A stretch of DNA of 64,000 nt from Tubulanus polymorphus (Eukaryota; Animalia; Nemertea): contig NC_134029.1 of NCBI RefSeq assembly GCF_964204645.1, positions 23,926,950-23,990,949 on the forward strand, in the 5' to 3' direction. The notes under the pieces were generated by a model, which was not told the origin of the DNA, ran no database searches, and saw only the letters and a list, made by a program, of their open reading frames with translations. Below are positions 24,771 to 39,163 of this stretch, one piece after another (within the stretch, counting starts at the first letter, position 1; each line of letters begins with the position of its first letter). The translations under genes were made by a program, and so were the position numbers.

Positions 24771-25528
24771 TTTGGCTTTATTCGGTTCTCTCTCGAAAGA
24801 TCGAATATCGGCAATGTGGGTATAGGGCAACCATTCACTAAACTAGTTTCATTCAATTTCAACACAATGCACTGTAGAATTCACTTTCAGAAGGGCTTTG
24901 TAATTGTTAGCCGTGGTACTGACGGTTAATTTGAAATATGTAATGCAAAAAAGTATTCGCTTGAGATCGAGTAAACATATATAAATAGATTCAATGAACA
25001 AAAACCGGAAGAGGGGCAAAAGTAAGGAGGTGGTAGGGAAAGAAAATCATATTTCTAACCAGGCCTCAGTTTTACAGTTGCGACTTCAAGTACATGCATT
25101 GTAAGATTAGCTATAGAACAAAGATGGTCTTAGGCTGGTCTTGAAGTCAAATTTTGGCTATCTTACAGGTCCCTGAGTTCACAAAAACGAGATTGACAAA
25201 AATGAGGCAAATCATATGACGTAAATATATTCTATATTTCTCTCGCGATTTATATTCAACAGAAACGTGTTTGTATAGAAATGAATCGCCAGAAGTCAGT
25301 CAGAATTCAAATGTGTATGAAAAATAGATGTTACAATTTCCGAATGAAGAATAGTAGTACGCCTTTGTTACTGAAACCAACGACTGTAAGAACAACTTAT
25401 TACAAGGAAGAACCCTGCTGGCCTTCAGTCCAAATATTGCTACATTACTGACACACAGTCTGATACGGAATCATTTCTATTACGAATCCAAAATCAAAAC
25501 AAAATTAGGAAAGGCGGACATGAATTCA

Positions 25529-28500
25529 TTAATCCCAACCGACTGGAATACCCCTCTTCTCGTTATGGCCTTGTAGCCATTCATGAAGAGGAGCAAAATA
25601 ATTTAGAATTGCGGATGCATCTAATTTTCCACGTGAACTTGGGTCAAAGTCTTGCATGGTTTCTTGCCACGGAAGAGCAGCTCCTTTTGACAGCATTTCT
25701 CTGGAAAAGAAAATAGCACCAAACTGTTTCCTGAAGAGAGTCGGATCCAGCGCCGGAGTTGACATACGACGCAGAGTTAACTCATTGAAAATGAACTAAA
25801 ATCTAAACTCCAAGGTAACTCTTACTGGCGGCCCTGGAACTGGATCCTGATTTGTTAGACAATCGTTACAGAAGGACACCTGGTATACTTACAGAAATTT
25901 ATTCCCAGCCGCTTCTGAACCATATATGTCGCAATTGTGAATCGGGCCGGTTTGTCGGGCACAAGAGCAGAGCTTTTTTTGGAATTGGAATTGAATTATG
26001 AAACTGATGAAGTATCTGAAAAAGAAACGATTCTTGCTTTTCAAATGAAACCAGGGTAACAGAATATACTTGATATGGTAAAATTCCAGTTTCTTTATTT
26101 TCAGGATATCCATCTTTACACAATCTAAATGCGTGGTGTTGGAAGAATAGCCGAACTCTGACGTGGAAACAGTTTAAACCCAACTATATAGGTGTGACCT
26201 GACGATCGAGAGTTCTCGTAACTCCATTATTTTGGTTTATTGAATTTTGTTTTTTATCTTTAAAATTCTCTGAATAGTGGGTTTTGAACTTATTATACGT
26301 AATATTGTATTTTTACCTAATATATGGTGTAAATTGAGCCACATGATACTTAGAAATGGCGTCAAAATCGTTTTCAGTGCGTTCCACTGGTGGACCTAAT
26401 CCCTGAAAATATTTCCTGCAATAAACCCAGTTTATATGTTATTATCCATGCTGATACCTTTCATGCATTCATTTTTCAATATGCAATAGAAAAATTCGTA
26501 ATCGTTTTCTAATCCAAAGGAAAGAAATGAAATTTTAACGATCAGAAATATATCTTCAGTTGCTATAGGCTAACCTGTATTCCCACCAAGCTTGGTTGTA
26601 ATTCTGCTCAGAAATACTACCGTTAAATACAGCCCAGCGCCACGTCTCAACAGTCAAACTATACGGTAGGAAAATAATTTTGGCCATAGCTTGACGGAAC
26701 AGATAGTTGATCATCATACCATCTAATGAAGAAATTTAATAAAATCAATTTAGAACTGTTAGCGTTCGTTTTTAATCTCAAGGAGCCGGTCCCATAGTCA
26801 TGGCTTAAACTTAAACACTGGTCTAAGATCATCTTAGTTCTATAGCCAATCACTTTCGGACTTAAGTCTCGGCTACGGAATCGGCTCAACATGTTTTATA
26901 AACTATGCAATATTAACTTACAATCGTCAAATCTATCGGTTTCAGCTAATAAGCCAAGTTTCTTTAGGTGTTTAGGCGTTGTAACAGATAGCGCGATAGT
27001 ATCACCGACTGCCTCGTGAAACCCGGCGTTGGCTCCCGATCGATATAAAGCAGGTAGATTACTGTACGCCATATAATACTGAACGTGGCCCATCTCGTGG
27101 TGGACGGTCTTCAGGTCATCCATGTTGATTTTTGTACACATCATTATCCTGAAAACATTGACGACAATAATATCAAATTTATGTGTATTATGTCGATGGG
27201 TGTGAATGGTGGTCCGGAAAGTGGTTGTTAGATGGAAACGGCGGGGTCTGATGTGATATGTAGAAACCTGCAAGTGAAACGCGACAGTTTCTTTTATTAC
27301 CATTAATAAAACATGAAGGCGATTCGTGATGACGAAGACGAGCTTTTCAAGTAGAGAGTAAATTAGAGAAAACCTATTGACCTTAACCGTTGCGCGTTGG
27401 CCAGGTGTGACAGTCCCACGCCTGGTGGTGGACACTTTTACCAGACCTATCTCTGTTTATTGCGGTTAGAAATGAATGACTGGGATGTTCTTATCATTCG
27501 ATGAAAAGTAGTTGTCGGCTCGGTTTTTAATTTCACCAGTACTAAAACGTATTTGGAACTCGTGGGAATCAATTTAAAGTCAATATCGCGATGAAGTCTA
27601 CAACGCGTGATATATGCTCGAGATGGATTCACACGAGTCCCAAATACACCTGGGTTCCAGTTATGTATCCAATGCATCGGGGAGAAGTGAGTTACTATAG
27701 GTCTATACCTGTAATCATCCCTATGCGGAGAGTTCATATCCCATGCAGTACCGTGACAATTTATCCGTCTGTTCTTTGGTTTTTGGATATCGCTATTTTT
27801 CCAAAACTTGCTCGTCATTTCGTTCATTCCGATCGATTTGTAGAAGTCTTCGGCCATTTTGAACATGCGCAGTGGAGTGTATTTCTTCTTTTTCATTGTA
27901 TCGCTTACGTCTAGAGAGGGGGCATTCGGATAGGGCCACATCAGGTCTACAATATCCTGCCAATTTTGAGCCCACATATTACCTGAAAGGAGGATTCATA
28001 TAAACACATTCATACGTCTTCGGAACAGTAAAGGTTATTCAAAACAGATAGAAATAGATATGAAAAATGAAAAAATTGGTCAAGGAAAGAAATTCTGCTA
28101 AATTACTTCATTTCGATTATATTTACCCAGTAAATGAGCTGGAATAAGACCTCGGGCGGGGATCTTATGCGGATAAACCTGACGTAGTTTCCAGCGTACG
28201 AATGCGTGCAGCTGTTCGTACAACGGTTTGACCTGTCGCCAAATATTCAACGATTCCGTATCGAAACGTTTGTTAGCGGTATCGCTCTCGCGCCAGAACT
28301 CACCGTAATCCGCGTAACCTGAATATCAGAAAACATTTATTAAGATGAATAAGTTTATGATATCAAAAAGTACATTTTTGTATCATACAACGCAAACACA
28401 TAATATTTTAGGACGGGTGGAAAAATCTGATAGAATTTACTTAGATATTCAAGTTTCCTTGGAAGAGTGATTGGTTCTGGTGGAACGGTCAATGTTTGCA

Positions 28501-30948
28501 CAAAGACAAGTGAAAAAGTAAAAGATTTTTGAAAACGTGGACAAGAGTTGACGAGGAATATGTTCAGCATTGACCATAATCATGTTGGACTTTCCTCCAG
28601 GCGAACTAGTGTAATTAGACAGAAACTCTTAGCTATCCATCGAACAAAGTTAATTAGTCAAACGCCTCCAGTATCGAATTGATTCTTTGATTCAATTAGT
28701 CAAACGGGTGTCGTTGATAAGGTCCCGTTCTCTGTGTCTGTGTTCCCTGAAAGTCACTGAAACAGTTACATCGAAATCCAAGCAAAATACCGAGAAAACC
28801 ATGGAAAACTCTCATATATGTGGAATTCATAAAGACTACAAAAGTAATTCCTCTTCAGGATACAATATTTTCTTTTTTGTCGAAATCATGTGCGGATTGC
28901 AGTTATAGCGCAGGTTGTTTATTTAGTCGCCAGCTGTGTAAGTGTAAATATACCGTCTCCGTTGACAAAATAATGGCCTATTAGAAAGCACATCAACTCA
29001 CCAGTAACACAACGACAGAATGACCGCACGCTGTTTAGAAACGTGTCATCGCAGAACAAGCATTTACTAAAGGGAGCCATATATAAGAAGTTTAGCGTTT
29101 GACTACAATTTAGCCTCCTGTGAACACCGGGTATCTAATCACAACGATCTTTTCAGTTTACATATTCAAATTTTCAAAAACCGAATTCACTACGTAATTT
29201 CCGGTAAAACCGGAAGTGAGCGTACCACGTGATCTTAGCCAAGAACAATTACACGCCTGCACAATAAACACAATTGAACGCGCTTGTGTCAAGACAAACC
29301 AATCTCATTGGTTTTGAGAGGAACACGGCGATGATGAGTTGATTGCGTGTCAGCAAATAACGCTATTTAGTTAATTGCTCATACGGCAAAGACTGCAAAT
29401 ATCTAGTCTGTTTCTGAGGAAATATTCCACATTTCTCGGATTCACCGTTTTCTATATACAAAAACTTAAAAGTCTTAGATACTGACCATGTTCGCGCGCG
29501 CCTTTGTTCAATAATTGAACAACTTCTGGGAAGAGCTTCCTTGATTTCGGTCCGGTCGCGTCTCGCCAACCTTTCCAAACTTTCAGCAGCTTATCATAGT
29601 CTCGAGAATTGGACAAAATGTCCGACAAATGGGTCAAGTGTAAGCAATCTTTGGTCCCGTCGTCATCGTCGACGCAAACCGTTGCGTCATTATAAATGAC
29701 TTCCAACTGTTGCGATAGTTCTTCCACTATCCTGTGCAAAAAAAACGCAACCATAAAATCGTAACGCACTTAAGTGTGAAATATAGAAACATTAAATACC
29801 TTCTAAACGGGTGAAACTTACTTGACATCATTTTCACTATGCAATGCAGCTGATAGAGTGATGAGTTTGAATTGTCTACGGACATCATCGCTTAAATGCA
29901 TGAAACGAGTGGTGAAGATCTGCGCTTCGTTGACTTTTCCCTTGCACCATTCAACAAACTGAACTCCTACATCCAAACTCTAACAAAAGCGAATCAAAAA
30001 TTAATTAATTATATGAAATAAACTACAATTTACGGTAGATGAATTCGCTAAGTTTCGAATATACATTCGAAGTTCAACGTCCTATTTTACAATATTTTGT
30101 ACTAATTCCTACTACTTTAAATTTTCATTTAATTCGTAAATAAAACATTATAAGTTACAATCAAAATTAATTAATTATATGAAATATACTACGATTTACG
30201 GTAGATGAATTCGCCAAGTTTCGAGTGATTTATGACACTTTCTCTATCCAAACGGTGTTTAGTTAGATTCGATTGAAGATATCTTACTATTTTTCTTAGC
30301 TCTTCATTACCGAGATCGTCGTCGGCGTTAAAATCAGCTATGGATTTTCTACGCTTCCAATTGGTTAGACCTTGGTCGTATTGTCGCAGCCATTCCTCGG
30401 CACCTTTAAGGTGAAATAAGACGTGAACGCGATTGGAAGTTTAGAAAATTCGACACCGAACAGTTATTTTAAAGGCCTGCTGTTAAGTAGCACCGATAGT
30501 GCAATGAGCTTTATGTCAAATGAAATAGATGGACTCGATTTTGCAGAAGAAGTTCTTTGGAACTGCAGGAGATGCGCTCCGCTGCGGTTTATAAGAAAAC
30601 ACCTGCTACTCGGTATAGACAGGACAGATTAGTTATTCAACTTCAAGACTTCCAAGTGGAAAACACCTGGAAGCTACAATAATTCAATTCTTTACTCAAC
30701 GATAGTTTCACCGAGGTTTCCCGACGTGATCACTCGAATATCACTAATTCTTGAGCGCTGGTTTAGGTCACGGAGAAAGGGAATCGCGCACACTGGAAGT
30801 GTCTCTGAATCAACTTACTTTCCTGCTCACGTAGCACTCTTTCAAGGAATTCATCTTCCAACCTTGTTAATTGGCTGCATCGTATTTCCAGCAAAATCAA
30901 CGACACACATAACAAACCAATGGTTAATCGAATAAATCCATGGTTCAT
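25529..30948 (-). CDS. ACE: Angiotensin-converting enzyme-like peptidyl-dipeptidase A (peptidase M2), single domain, secreted; ~11 exons
   Basis: Signal peptide [24 protein letters not shown]; [19 protein letters not shown]; [27 protein letters not shown]; CHGTAWDM; zinc site [10 protein letters not shown]...[12 protein letters not shown]; [18 protein letters not shown]; HNCDIYGS; ends [13 protein letters not shown]...VGWD* with no transmembrane segment. Confidence 0.95.
26781..26887. mobile_element. Degenerate MITE family A copy in an ACE intron
   Basis: GGAGCCGGTCCCATAGTCATGGCTTAA...GGACTTAAGTC...GGAATCGGCTC. Confidence 0.65.
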
Positions 30949-33900
30949 TTTATAAGTTCGAAACTTCTTTTCTTAAAAGTAGATCTCTGAAAAAAATGAA
31001 TTACGATAATATGATGTTAAACTATTTCTATTACTATGATATAAACGTATCATTAAGCCTTTTTCTCTCAATAGGCCTGAACGTCTTAGTGATTGTACAG
31101 CCTTGAGGGCTCTGTTCAGGTCCTTATCATCAATCTACTAATTCTGTCTGTTATTTTGTAATCGATTTAATTGATGATGAAATACATCATTATCATTATC
31201 AATACTATCATTATTATTATTATCCTCAAAGAAAACGATACCGACTCGAACTCACTGAAGTTACGCAAATAAGAGGAGTATATTTTGCTGCTGTATTTGG
31301 TTTCATGAGTTCGGAAATGTGTTTATTTCAACATGTGGTATCGACAACTGATTCGTCGAACTCGTAGTTGTTCAAATCTCTTCATACGCGTTCGATGCGC
31401 CCGAAATGCACGTAGCTATCCACCGAGAACCATTTATAGGACTTCTCCGAAATCATTGATAAGAGACAGGATTTCAACCGTTTCTTTACGCGGATTTATT
31501 TTTAATCACAGCGCTGCTGAATATATATACACGTATATACAACTATCACGACACGAGCTGACAAAATAATCTTTGTTCTAAGGAAGTTGTGACCGCCATC
31601 GAATTGCTAAATACGACACCGCTCCGCAAACACGTATCGCTAAAGATTTCTGGCACGAAATAGCCTTCAGACGAAATCGTGGTCCGATTATCGAGAGGTG
31701 TCGGATAATTCTTCAGTGATGTACACACACACAAACACACGATGTTTTTGAGGGAAATGTTTATTGCTTAGGCTATACAGAGAAGATGACAGGATCTGAC
31801 GATGAAAGGGATTTACCAACATAGCGCGCCTTTAATCTGACATTGTTTTTATCTCCACACCGACTGCTGACCGGCCGACGCGACAGAATCCTATCATCGA
31901 CGTGTAGCTAGTTCTACTTGTCTAAGAGACGAAGAAAACTTTGAAATGAAAGCAAATGTCGCCTCGAAAATCGGTTTAGTAAAGATTGTGGACAATCTAT
32001 TTATAATTCCATTTAACAAATGAAATTACGAGATGAAAGGAAATGCGCCTATTTGATTATTAGAACGGACAGTAAACCGGATAGATTCGCTTTATCCATA
32101 TCTCTATTATTATCATATAAACATGCAGAGGAATTTATTCTAAGAATTTTCCCACAGGTAGAAACGAGATATTTACGAGTAAAAGATGGCAATATATATT
32201 CTGAATATCAGATACAGATAAGTAGGCGACCGTATAGATTGACACAGAACGCGAACGAATAAAGATTGCTGGAATCAAACCAAGAAAAAAAAACATTTCT
32301 GGAATTTGATTGGTTTCATTTCCATTATATGTGCAGCTGATATTTGGATATAATGGTGAAATAGAGTAAAATTCTAACACAAAAAGTAAAGCCGCATAAT
32401 TAATCGGTCAAATCCGTTAGAATATTATTATGTGGTAAATATTCTGCATCAAATTTTCTGAATTATCAATTCATTTAATTGTCAAAATGGCAACTTGTGC
32501 GCGGTTTCATACGCGTAATTAAACTATATTTCATATAGTGGATTTGCATTATTTTTCGTGTGCGATCGTTACTTTGTCATCGAACCCACGACCGTAAACT
32601 TTCAACAGTATTCGCAAGGTCGAGGTATAACACAAAAAATGAAAATTTTGTTTTTTTTTCTTCATAATTATAGATTGAAAATGAAAATTTCGGTTATAGT
32701 TAAGCCTACGACTCACTCATTCTCATCACCATAATCATTATCATTAACAGTATTTTACAGAAGCTCCATATAAACATTAGTTATAGATTAACGACTTCTG
32801 GTATTTATTCGATTCACCTGTTTCAGCTGTGTCAATATTGGAACGAACAGCTATTGCTAAAGTGTATGACCAGCAGCCAACAATCATAAAACCATGGAGA
32901 ATTTGATATCTAACGTTAGAAACGTGCAACGAAACGAAAATAAATCTCTTATCATTGTATATTACTAGGTTTACTAAAATGGGATATGAGCTAACATCCG
33001 TAGGAGAAAGTTTCTCGAAGTCTCAGAGTTATCAATCCGATATATAACGAATACTTCACTAAAACTATATTCAGAAATGAAAATTCTTCGACTGAAATTT
33101 TATAGATGATTCAGAACTGTACAAAAATTACCCCCGAGTTTTAGATCTGCGGATATACAAATCATTTACATTGCGATCGCTGATAAACTACGTACCTCAT
33201 ATATACGAAACGTTCTTCACGTTCGTTCGAAAAATCTCTTAAACAACTAAAATCCACGAGAAACTTTCATCAAACTGATCAGAGAGCGAAACAGTATTTT
33301 AGATGTCAATTATATCCAGAATGAGCGGCGTTTACAGCTGTGCTACTGTTTAACGCGCCTATTACGAGCTGTTTATATGATGAACGCGACACAACCAATG
33401 ATGATCGAGCTCCACGATTCAACTTCAGTTCGAATCACAAGCAAAAGAAAACATTTCCATATTGAACCATCGTCGGTAGATGATTCTCAATTACTGTCGT
33501 GTAATTTGGATAAAACGTAATTTCTAATATCAGTTTATGATATGATATGTGATATGATATGATTAATTTTTTTCATATGAAATCTTAACAGAATCAATGA
33601 ATAAACAGTATATATGTATATATTGAAAATGTAATAATATTAGATGAAAGACTGCTTTGAAGCAACAGTTAGCTTGTACGAGAAAGCAGCCCTAGAAAAT
33701 AAGGAAAATGCAATAAGATAAAGAGAAGAGAAGACAATTGAATAAGAAAAACGACATATAGTTTAATACGAGCAAGCTTAGACGGGCTGAAAAGGCTAGA
33801 ACAAAAAGGGCAGCGACTACAAACAAAACAGGATGAACTCGAGATACGTACATTTATTTAATTATGATGATTGAAAACATTTTTAGAAGATAGAGGATTT

Positions 33901-36900
33901 TAGACAAAATCTAACTGTGAACATAACTATAGAAGGATTCAGTATACCGTCATTTGTTTATTTCATGGGAATTAGAAAGGACTAAAACAAATGTGCATTC
34001 ATTCATTTATTCTGACTGGTTCACATCAGGAAATGTTTACCTTGACCGGAAGTAATAGCCGGGTTTTGTCTTCGTTGTTCTCAGTTGACTCTCGACTATT
34101 GCTGTGGTGAATATACGCAATACCTCCAGTTGTATTATACCAGACGCGTAGAAAATCATTCTTATTCATGATATATTCTTATCAATCTCAATCGTGAATT
34201 ATTTGATTCCATGACAAAAAATGACGTGGAATGCGAAATTTCCTACGAGACCCCAAATTGATTCTTCAGATTAACATCAGAAAAATTTCAAAAAAGTAAA
34301 AAGTACCAAGTAAAAAAAAAGCTTTAAATATTTTAATTAGTAAAGGCTTCAATACTCAAAATGAAACTAAAACGGGAAACTCGTTTAACGGTTATGCGGT
34401 GTACGGCACCAATACGGTAATTCCGGTTAAATATTTGGACTGGTTAATGGATGCATATCAATATTCATCTGGCGCTGGCCGTCATTTTATCAACTGATGT
34501 TCGAGATATCCCCATCACGTGGCTAAAAACGTAATATTTACCGAACTCTTATTGAGTAAATGACTCTCGCGAAACTCAGCCGATGCCCATCGTCAATCTC
34601 ACGGGGATCGAAACGTTTTATAGGGAACACTTCGGAAAATATCACAGCCGTTAAAACTATAGTGCGTTCTCTATATTTGACTATAAAATATTATCTTATC
34701 GGTTGAATTGTTTTGACGGAATATTATTACAAATGTTATTGGTGATTAACAGGCATCGTTGATGCAAACGAAATAAAATAAACCCGGATATTGCTGATTA
34801 TTCGTGAAGCAAAGACTCGATGGGATACAAAAACGACCAAATCGGTCCCGTAATGAAACGACGTTACTGTCGAGTGAATATATCATGTAAATATTAGATT
34901 TACACAATTCTAGCGAGCAAAATTTCATTACTTTAATCCATTTATTGATTCAGCCAGAAGGCGAATAAATACACGCGAGACTAAATCATCTTTAAAAATG
35001 AGAATCGTTGATTACGTAAGGTATTCAGTACTTTAATGCCGCAAACTCATTATTCAGTTCACTCCCGCATTAACGAATCGTAGTGGTTTTTTTCGGCACC
35101 ATTTTCCCGCCTATGTAGCGTTACCAACGGATACTGACCCGATTCGGTCGTGCGCGCGAAACCGTGAAGCGTAAACTTATCTTAGAGACCTTCTATTTTC
35201 GTAATGCGTATTAGCAGAAAAGTACCGAATCATATACACGTAAGACACATAAGTCTGATATTGACCGAATTGTCGAGGAAACACGGTTTAAGCTCAACGA
35301 ATAACATCACCCACCAGTCATCATATATATGTAGGATCTTACGAGAGCGGCTTATTTCGGATCAACCGATTTTTTCTTTCTCGGAGAGTCTCCCTTCATC
35401 TGGCTGTCTGTTTGCGCGATTTGTGAACATAAGCCAACCTTAAATATTAGATAAACAAAGCGTAGAGTGCGTACGTTTCTCTACCGGAGACGGTTTCGAT
35501 TTTTGTAGCTTAGATTAGTTTCCTGTAGTTTCTTCATCGTTAAAACGAACTAAATAACCATCATTTGATCGAAGGTTGCCACTAATTCGTTCATCGATAT
35601 GTTTATTCGGGTTACGACGGACGGAAATAGAAAAATCAGACGACACTGTGTAAATTGTTTGCGCAGTCTTCTTACTTTGACTTGAAACCGTAAATTTTTC
35701 ATGACTTACTGAAAATTCTACGTTCATTTCTATGATATCCCCACATTCATTTTTATGGACTTTTGCGGAGACTGTTTCAACCAGTACGGTGTATATGGTG
35801 TAGGACAGAAGACGAATTAATGGCGATGTGAGACAATAAATAATCAGGGGTAGATTTAAGGGGATTTCGAGGGTCGGGACCCACCTTATTCCAAACTGAC
35901 GTCGCCCAAGACAGAAATCGTTATAACCTGCCAGTTTGACTCTTATACTCTCGAAAATTGCATCTTTTCTGACGCATTTCATCAAAAACATCTACGTTCA
36001 CTTCCTATTTTCCTGCACATTTAATTTTTGTAGATCTATCCCTGATAAACACGTTACTAAATGTTCACACACGTGTACGATTTTCCGATGTCTTATTTTG
36101 AGATTTGTTCGTCTGACTTTCCTATAAATAGTATCATAATACGTATATCCAATGATAGCTCATTCAAAGCGGGACGAAAAGCTTTTACTCTAATCATCAT
36201 CGGAGAATTCATACATAATAAACACTATCAAACACGCTGCAGCTCCCTCCGTCATGCGCCAGTGTCCGCCGATAATAATAATGATCATAGATTATTAACT
36301 GATTCTCGTTTGTGAGGAGAAACTGTGGGTTTTAGTGTAAATCTGTATAATTGATACATCGTGTATTGTTTCGCTATATTGTGAATACTCAGTTTCTCAC
36401 AGAATCGAAAACAAAGGAAATCATTGTATTTGACAGTGGAACTTCGGTGGAACGATCTTCAGTCACTTCAGCCGGTCCAGGCTCGATCGAAGATTGTTTA
36501 CACAAACCGAAATTTCCACTTTTTTAAGAAGAAGGGAAAACGTTCGAACTCGACCATTGACGTAAAGTCTCTTGATACATTAATGATTCGACCAATCGTA
36601 CAACTTTATATGTACTTCGATTTCCAATTTCAAATATCCCGTTTAGTTTCCGGTAGGTGTGGAGGATTTGTAGAGGACAAAAATCCAAACCGAATCAAAA
36701 TTCGGTCAATCATCAAATGTAGAGGGGCAATTCCCGCTCATTCAAGATCAAATCTTCACCTTTTCGCACAATGCAACGCTACTAGCTGAACATGGTCGAC
36801 ATTTCTTGGAAAATCATTATATAAACGTTTTTTGGTAACGTAGTGAAAACTGGTGGAATAAATTGAACGGATATTAGCTCAGTGACTATCCGTACACTCG

Positions 36901-38226
36901 CATGATAAGCTTCATAATACAGTATACCAATTGCAATTGGAATCCAAAATATCAACATCGATCGGTAACTGAAGAGGTTGGATATTACACCGTTCTATTT
37001 ACTGTTGTTCGATCCGGTAATGTACATATATACATATTTCCAGTTTATTCGAAAGCTTCGAAAGCGTGATCGTTTTCACTACATTTTATCAGAAGAAATA
37101 AAGATCGTATTAGTAATTTCTGATGTTTTACCTTGTGGTAGATTATTCGCTGAACGAAGTAATCGAAGTATATCATCCCAGTTCAAGCCGATATGAATTC
37201 AATTACTAGCGCTTTAATATCGAAGAACGGCCGAATCGACAGGAATAAGTAGCTCTTCTGTGGAGCCGTAGATTCGGAAATGTTGACCTACCATGACAGA
37301 CACTTCAGTCGCTGACTCGAGAAATATATATTTATACGTATATAGAATAGACATATGTTTCGTTACCACAGCGAGCGAGTTGAGTATTCATTACGTAACA
37401 CATTGTGTATCATACAGACAAAGGCATTGGATTAGAGAATCGTGTTACAGCTTATTTTCTGATTCGGGCGACAGAAAAAAGCTCGAGTTGAAAAGGAAAT
37501 ATAACCTATCTCTGCTGCGTATGTAAAAAGTATATATTAGGTATAAGTGACCAGAGAGCAAAGTGACGATGGCCAATTTGTTGGATACCAGTCATATTTT
37601 GAAGGAAGTTGAATCCTACCTTTGGGCAGGTACCACACTGACGAGTTATCGGGTATAATTCCATTTACAAGTTCAGTAACGTCATCAGTACAAGTCACAC
37701 GGGCGATACTGCAGAGAGCGGAAACGCTACCTTCTGGCAATGTGTCATTTTCTCTTCTCGATATTCACAGCTGATATCAGTAGATTAGCAAAATGAAGCC
37801 AAACGAAATCTAATTGGTTTCTCTATCGCAAACGAAGTTGACATTAAGCATCGAGGAAACCAATTGAAAATCGTTAACAACCATTCATTATTACTGTTTA
37901 AGTCACCAGTGCGTAAATGTTTGAAGTTGAAAAAAATTTTTTATGTATCAATTGTTTTAGCCTAATGTTTATTTATATCTAACTCGCCGTTGATTGACAT
38001 CAAAACAATTTACCAATATGACTTATTCATTTCAATATTCGGATACTCGACCTGACTTATCGAAAATGTACGATTGTGTAGTAGGATAACCGACAGCGAA
38101 ACCTTGTTATAACGACTTCAATCGGTTTAGAACGATTTATCTGCTTTTACAAACCCAGCATTTCGTCGCAAACAGAACAATTCTAATAGTTTCGCTCTAG
38201 ATCTAACAAACTGTCGGTTATAACCA

Positions 38227-38366
38227 GGGGCCAGTTGCACAGTCGTGACTTAAGTCCAAAAGTGGTCTTAAATCTTAAGACTGGTCTTAAGTTGTTAGAA
38301 TAGCTATAGAACTAAGTTGGTCTTAGACTGGTCTTAAGTCTAAGCCATGACTATGCAACCGGCCCC
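38227..38366. mobile_element. MITE family A copy (opposite orientation, best preserved)
   Basis: GGGGCCAGTTGCACAGTCGTGACTTA...TAAGCCATGACTATGCAACCGGCCCC. Confidence 0.88.
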
Positions 38367-38853
38367 TGCAGTCTCCTGAAGTTCGTTGTAACCCGGTTTA
38401 ACCGACAAGTTCTTTCCTCGTTTTTGTTATTACTGAAACACCGAAAAGCATCTTATTCTACCGTGGAACCTTTTCACGATTCTTGTTTTAGACGAAATCC
38501 GAAATTCATCACGACGATTTCCAGCATCTCAGCTATGTATCTATATCAATCGAGATTTGGATGTACATTGTACGACCATCGTAATAACGAGCTAGTTCCA
38601 CTGTATTTGACGATAGAAAACCTCTTACTGAGAACAGAAAGATCCAAAGCGACGTATAACGTAAAATACCGGACAGTTTTAGATTTATTAAAAATAAAAT
38701 TCATTCAAATTTTATACATTTTACATCATTAGATATAATCATTTAATAATACGATAATATATTGTTACTTCAGGGTTATCTATATAATACATATTTACAT
38801 CGTGCTTAGGGAACACAAGCCTATCAAAATTCTGTTATATATGAAACTTAAAC

Positions 38854-39163
38854 CAGTGTTCTCCGTATGCTGGAGTTTTGAAGCATTTATTGATAAGTCT
38901 AAGACATTCGTAGCTGCTGAAGTAGCGAGGCTATCGATCCCCCTAAAAATATAGAAAGTTCGAGCTCAATGTTTGGGTTATCCGCTACTTTTCGCATAAC
39001 CTCAATATATTTCCAAGTAATATTATCAGCACTCATAGAATATTGACCTCCACGCTGGTAGAGGCAGAAGATATTTCTTTAAGGGGTGGCAGATTTTCAG
39101 AGGGATGGAAGTGAAAATTGAAGGGGTGGCCGCCCCCTCTAAAACCTGTTGTGGAGAACACTG
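38854..39163. mobile_element. hAT-like non-autonomous element (~310 bp)
   Basis: Terminal inverted repeat CAGTGTTCTCC...GGAGAACACTG with internal AGGGGTGGC subterminal repeats; no clear target duplication. Confidence 0.55.

Noticed and set aside
35515-35991. 158-aa minus-strand ORF in the gene-poor region
   Set aside because: No recognisable domain or splice context; non-ATG first codon; compatible with chance
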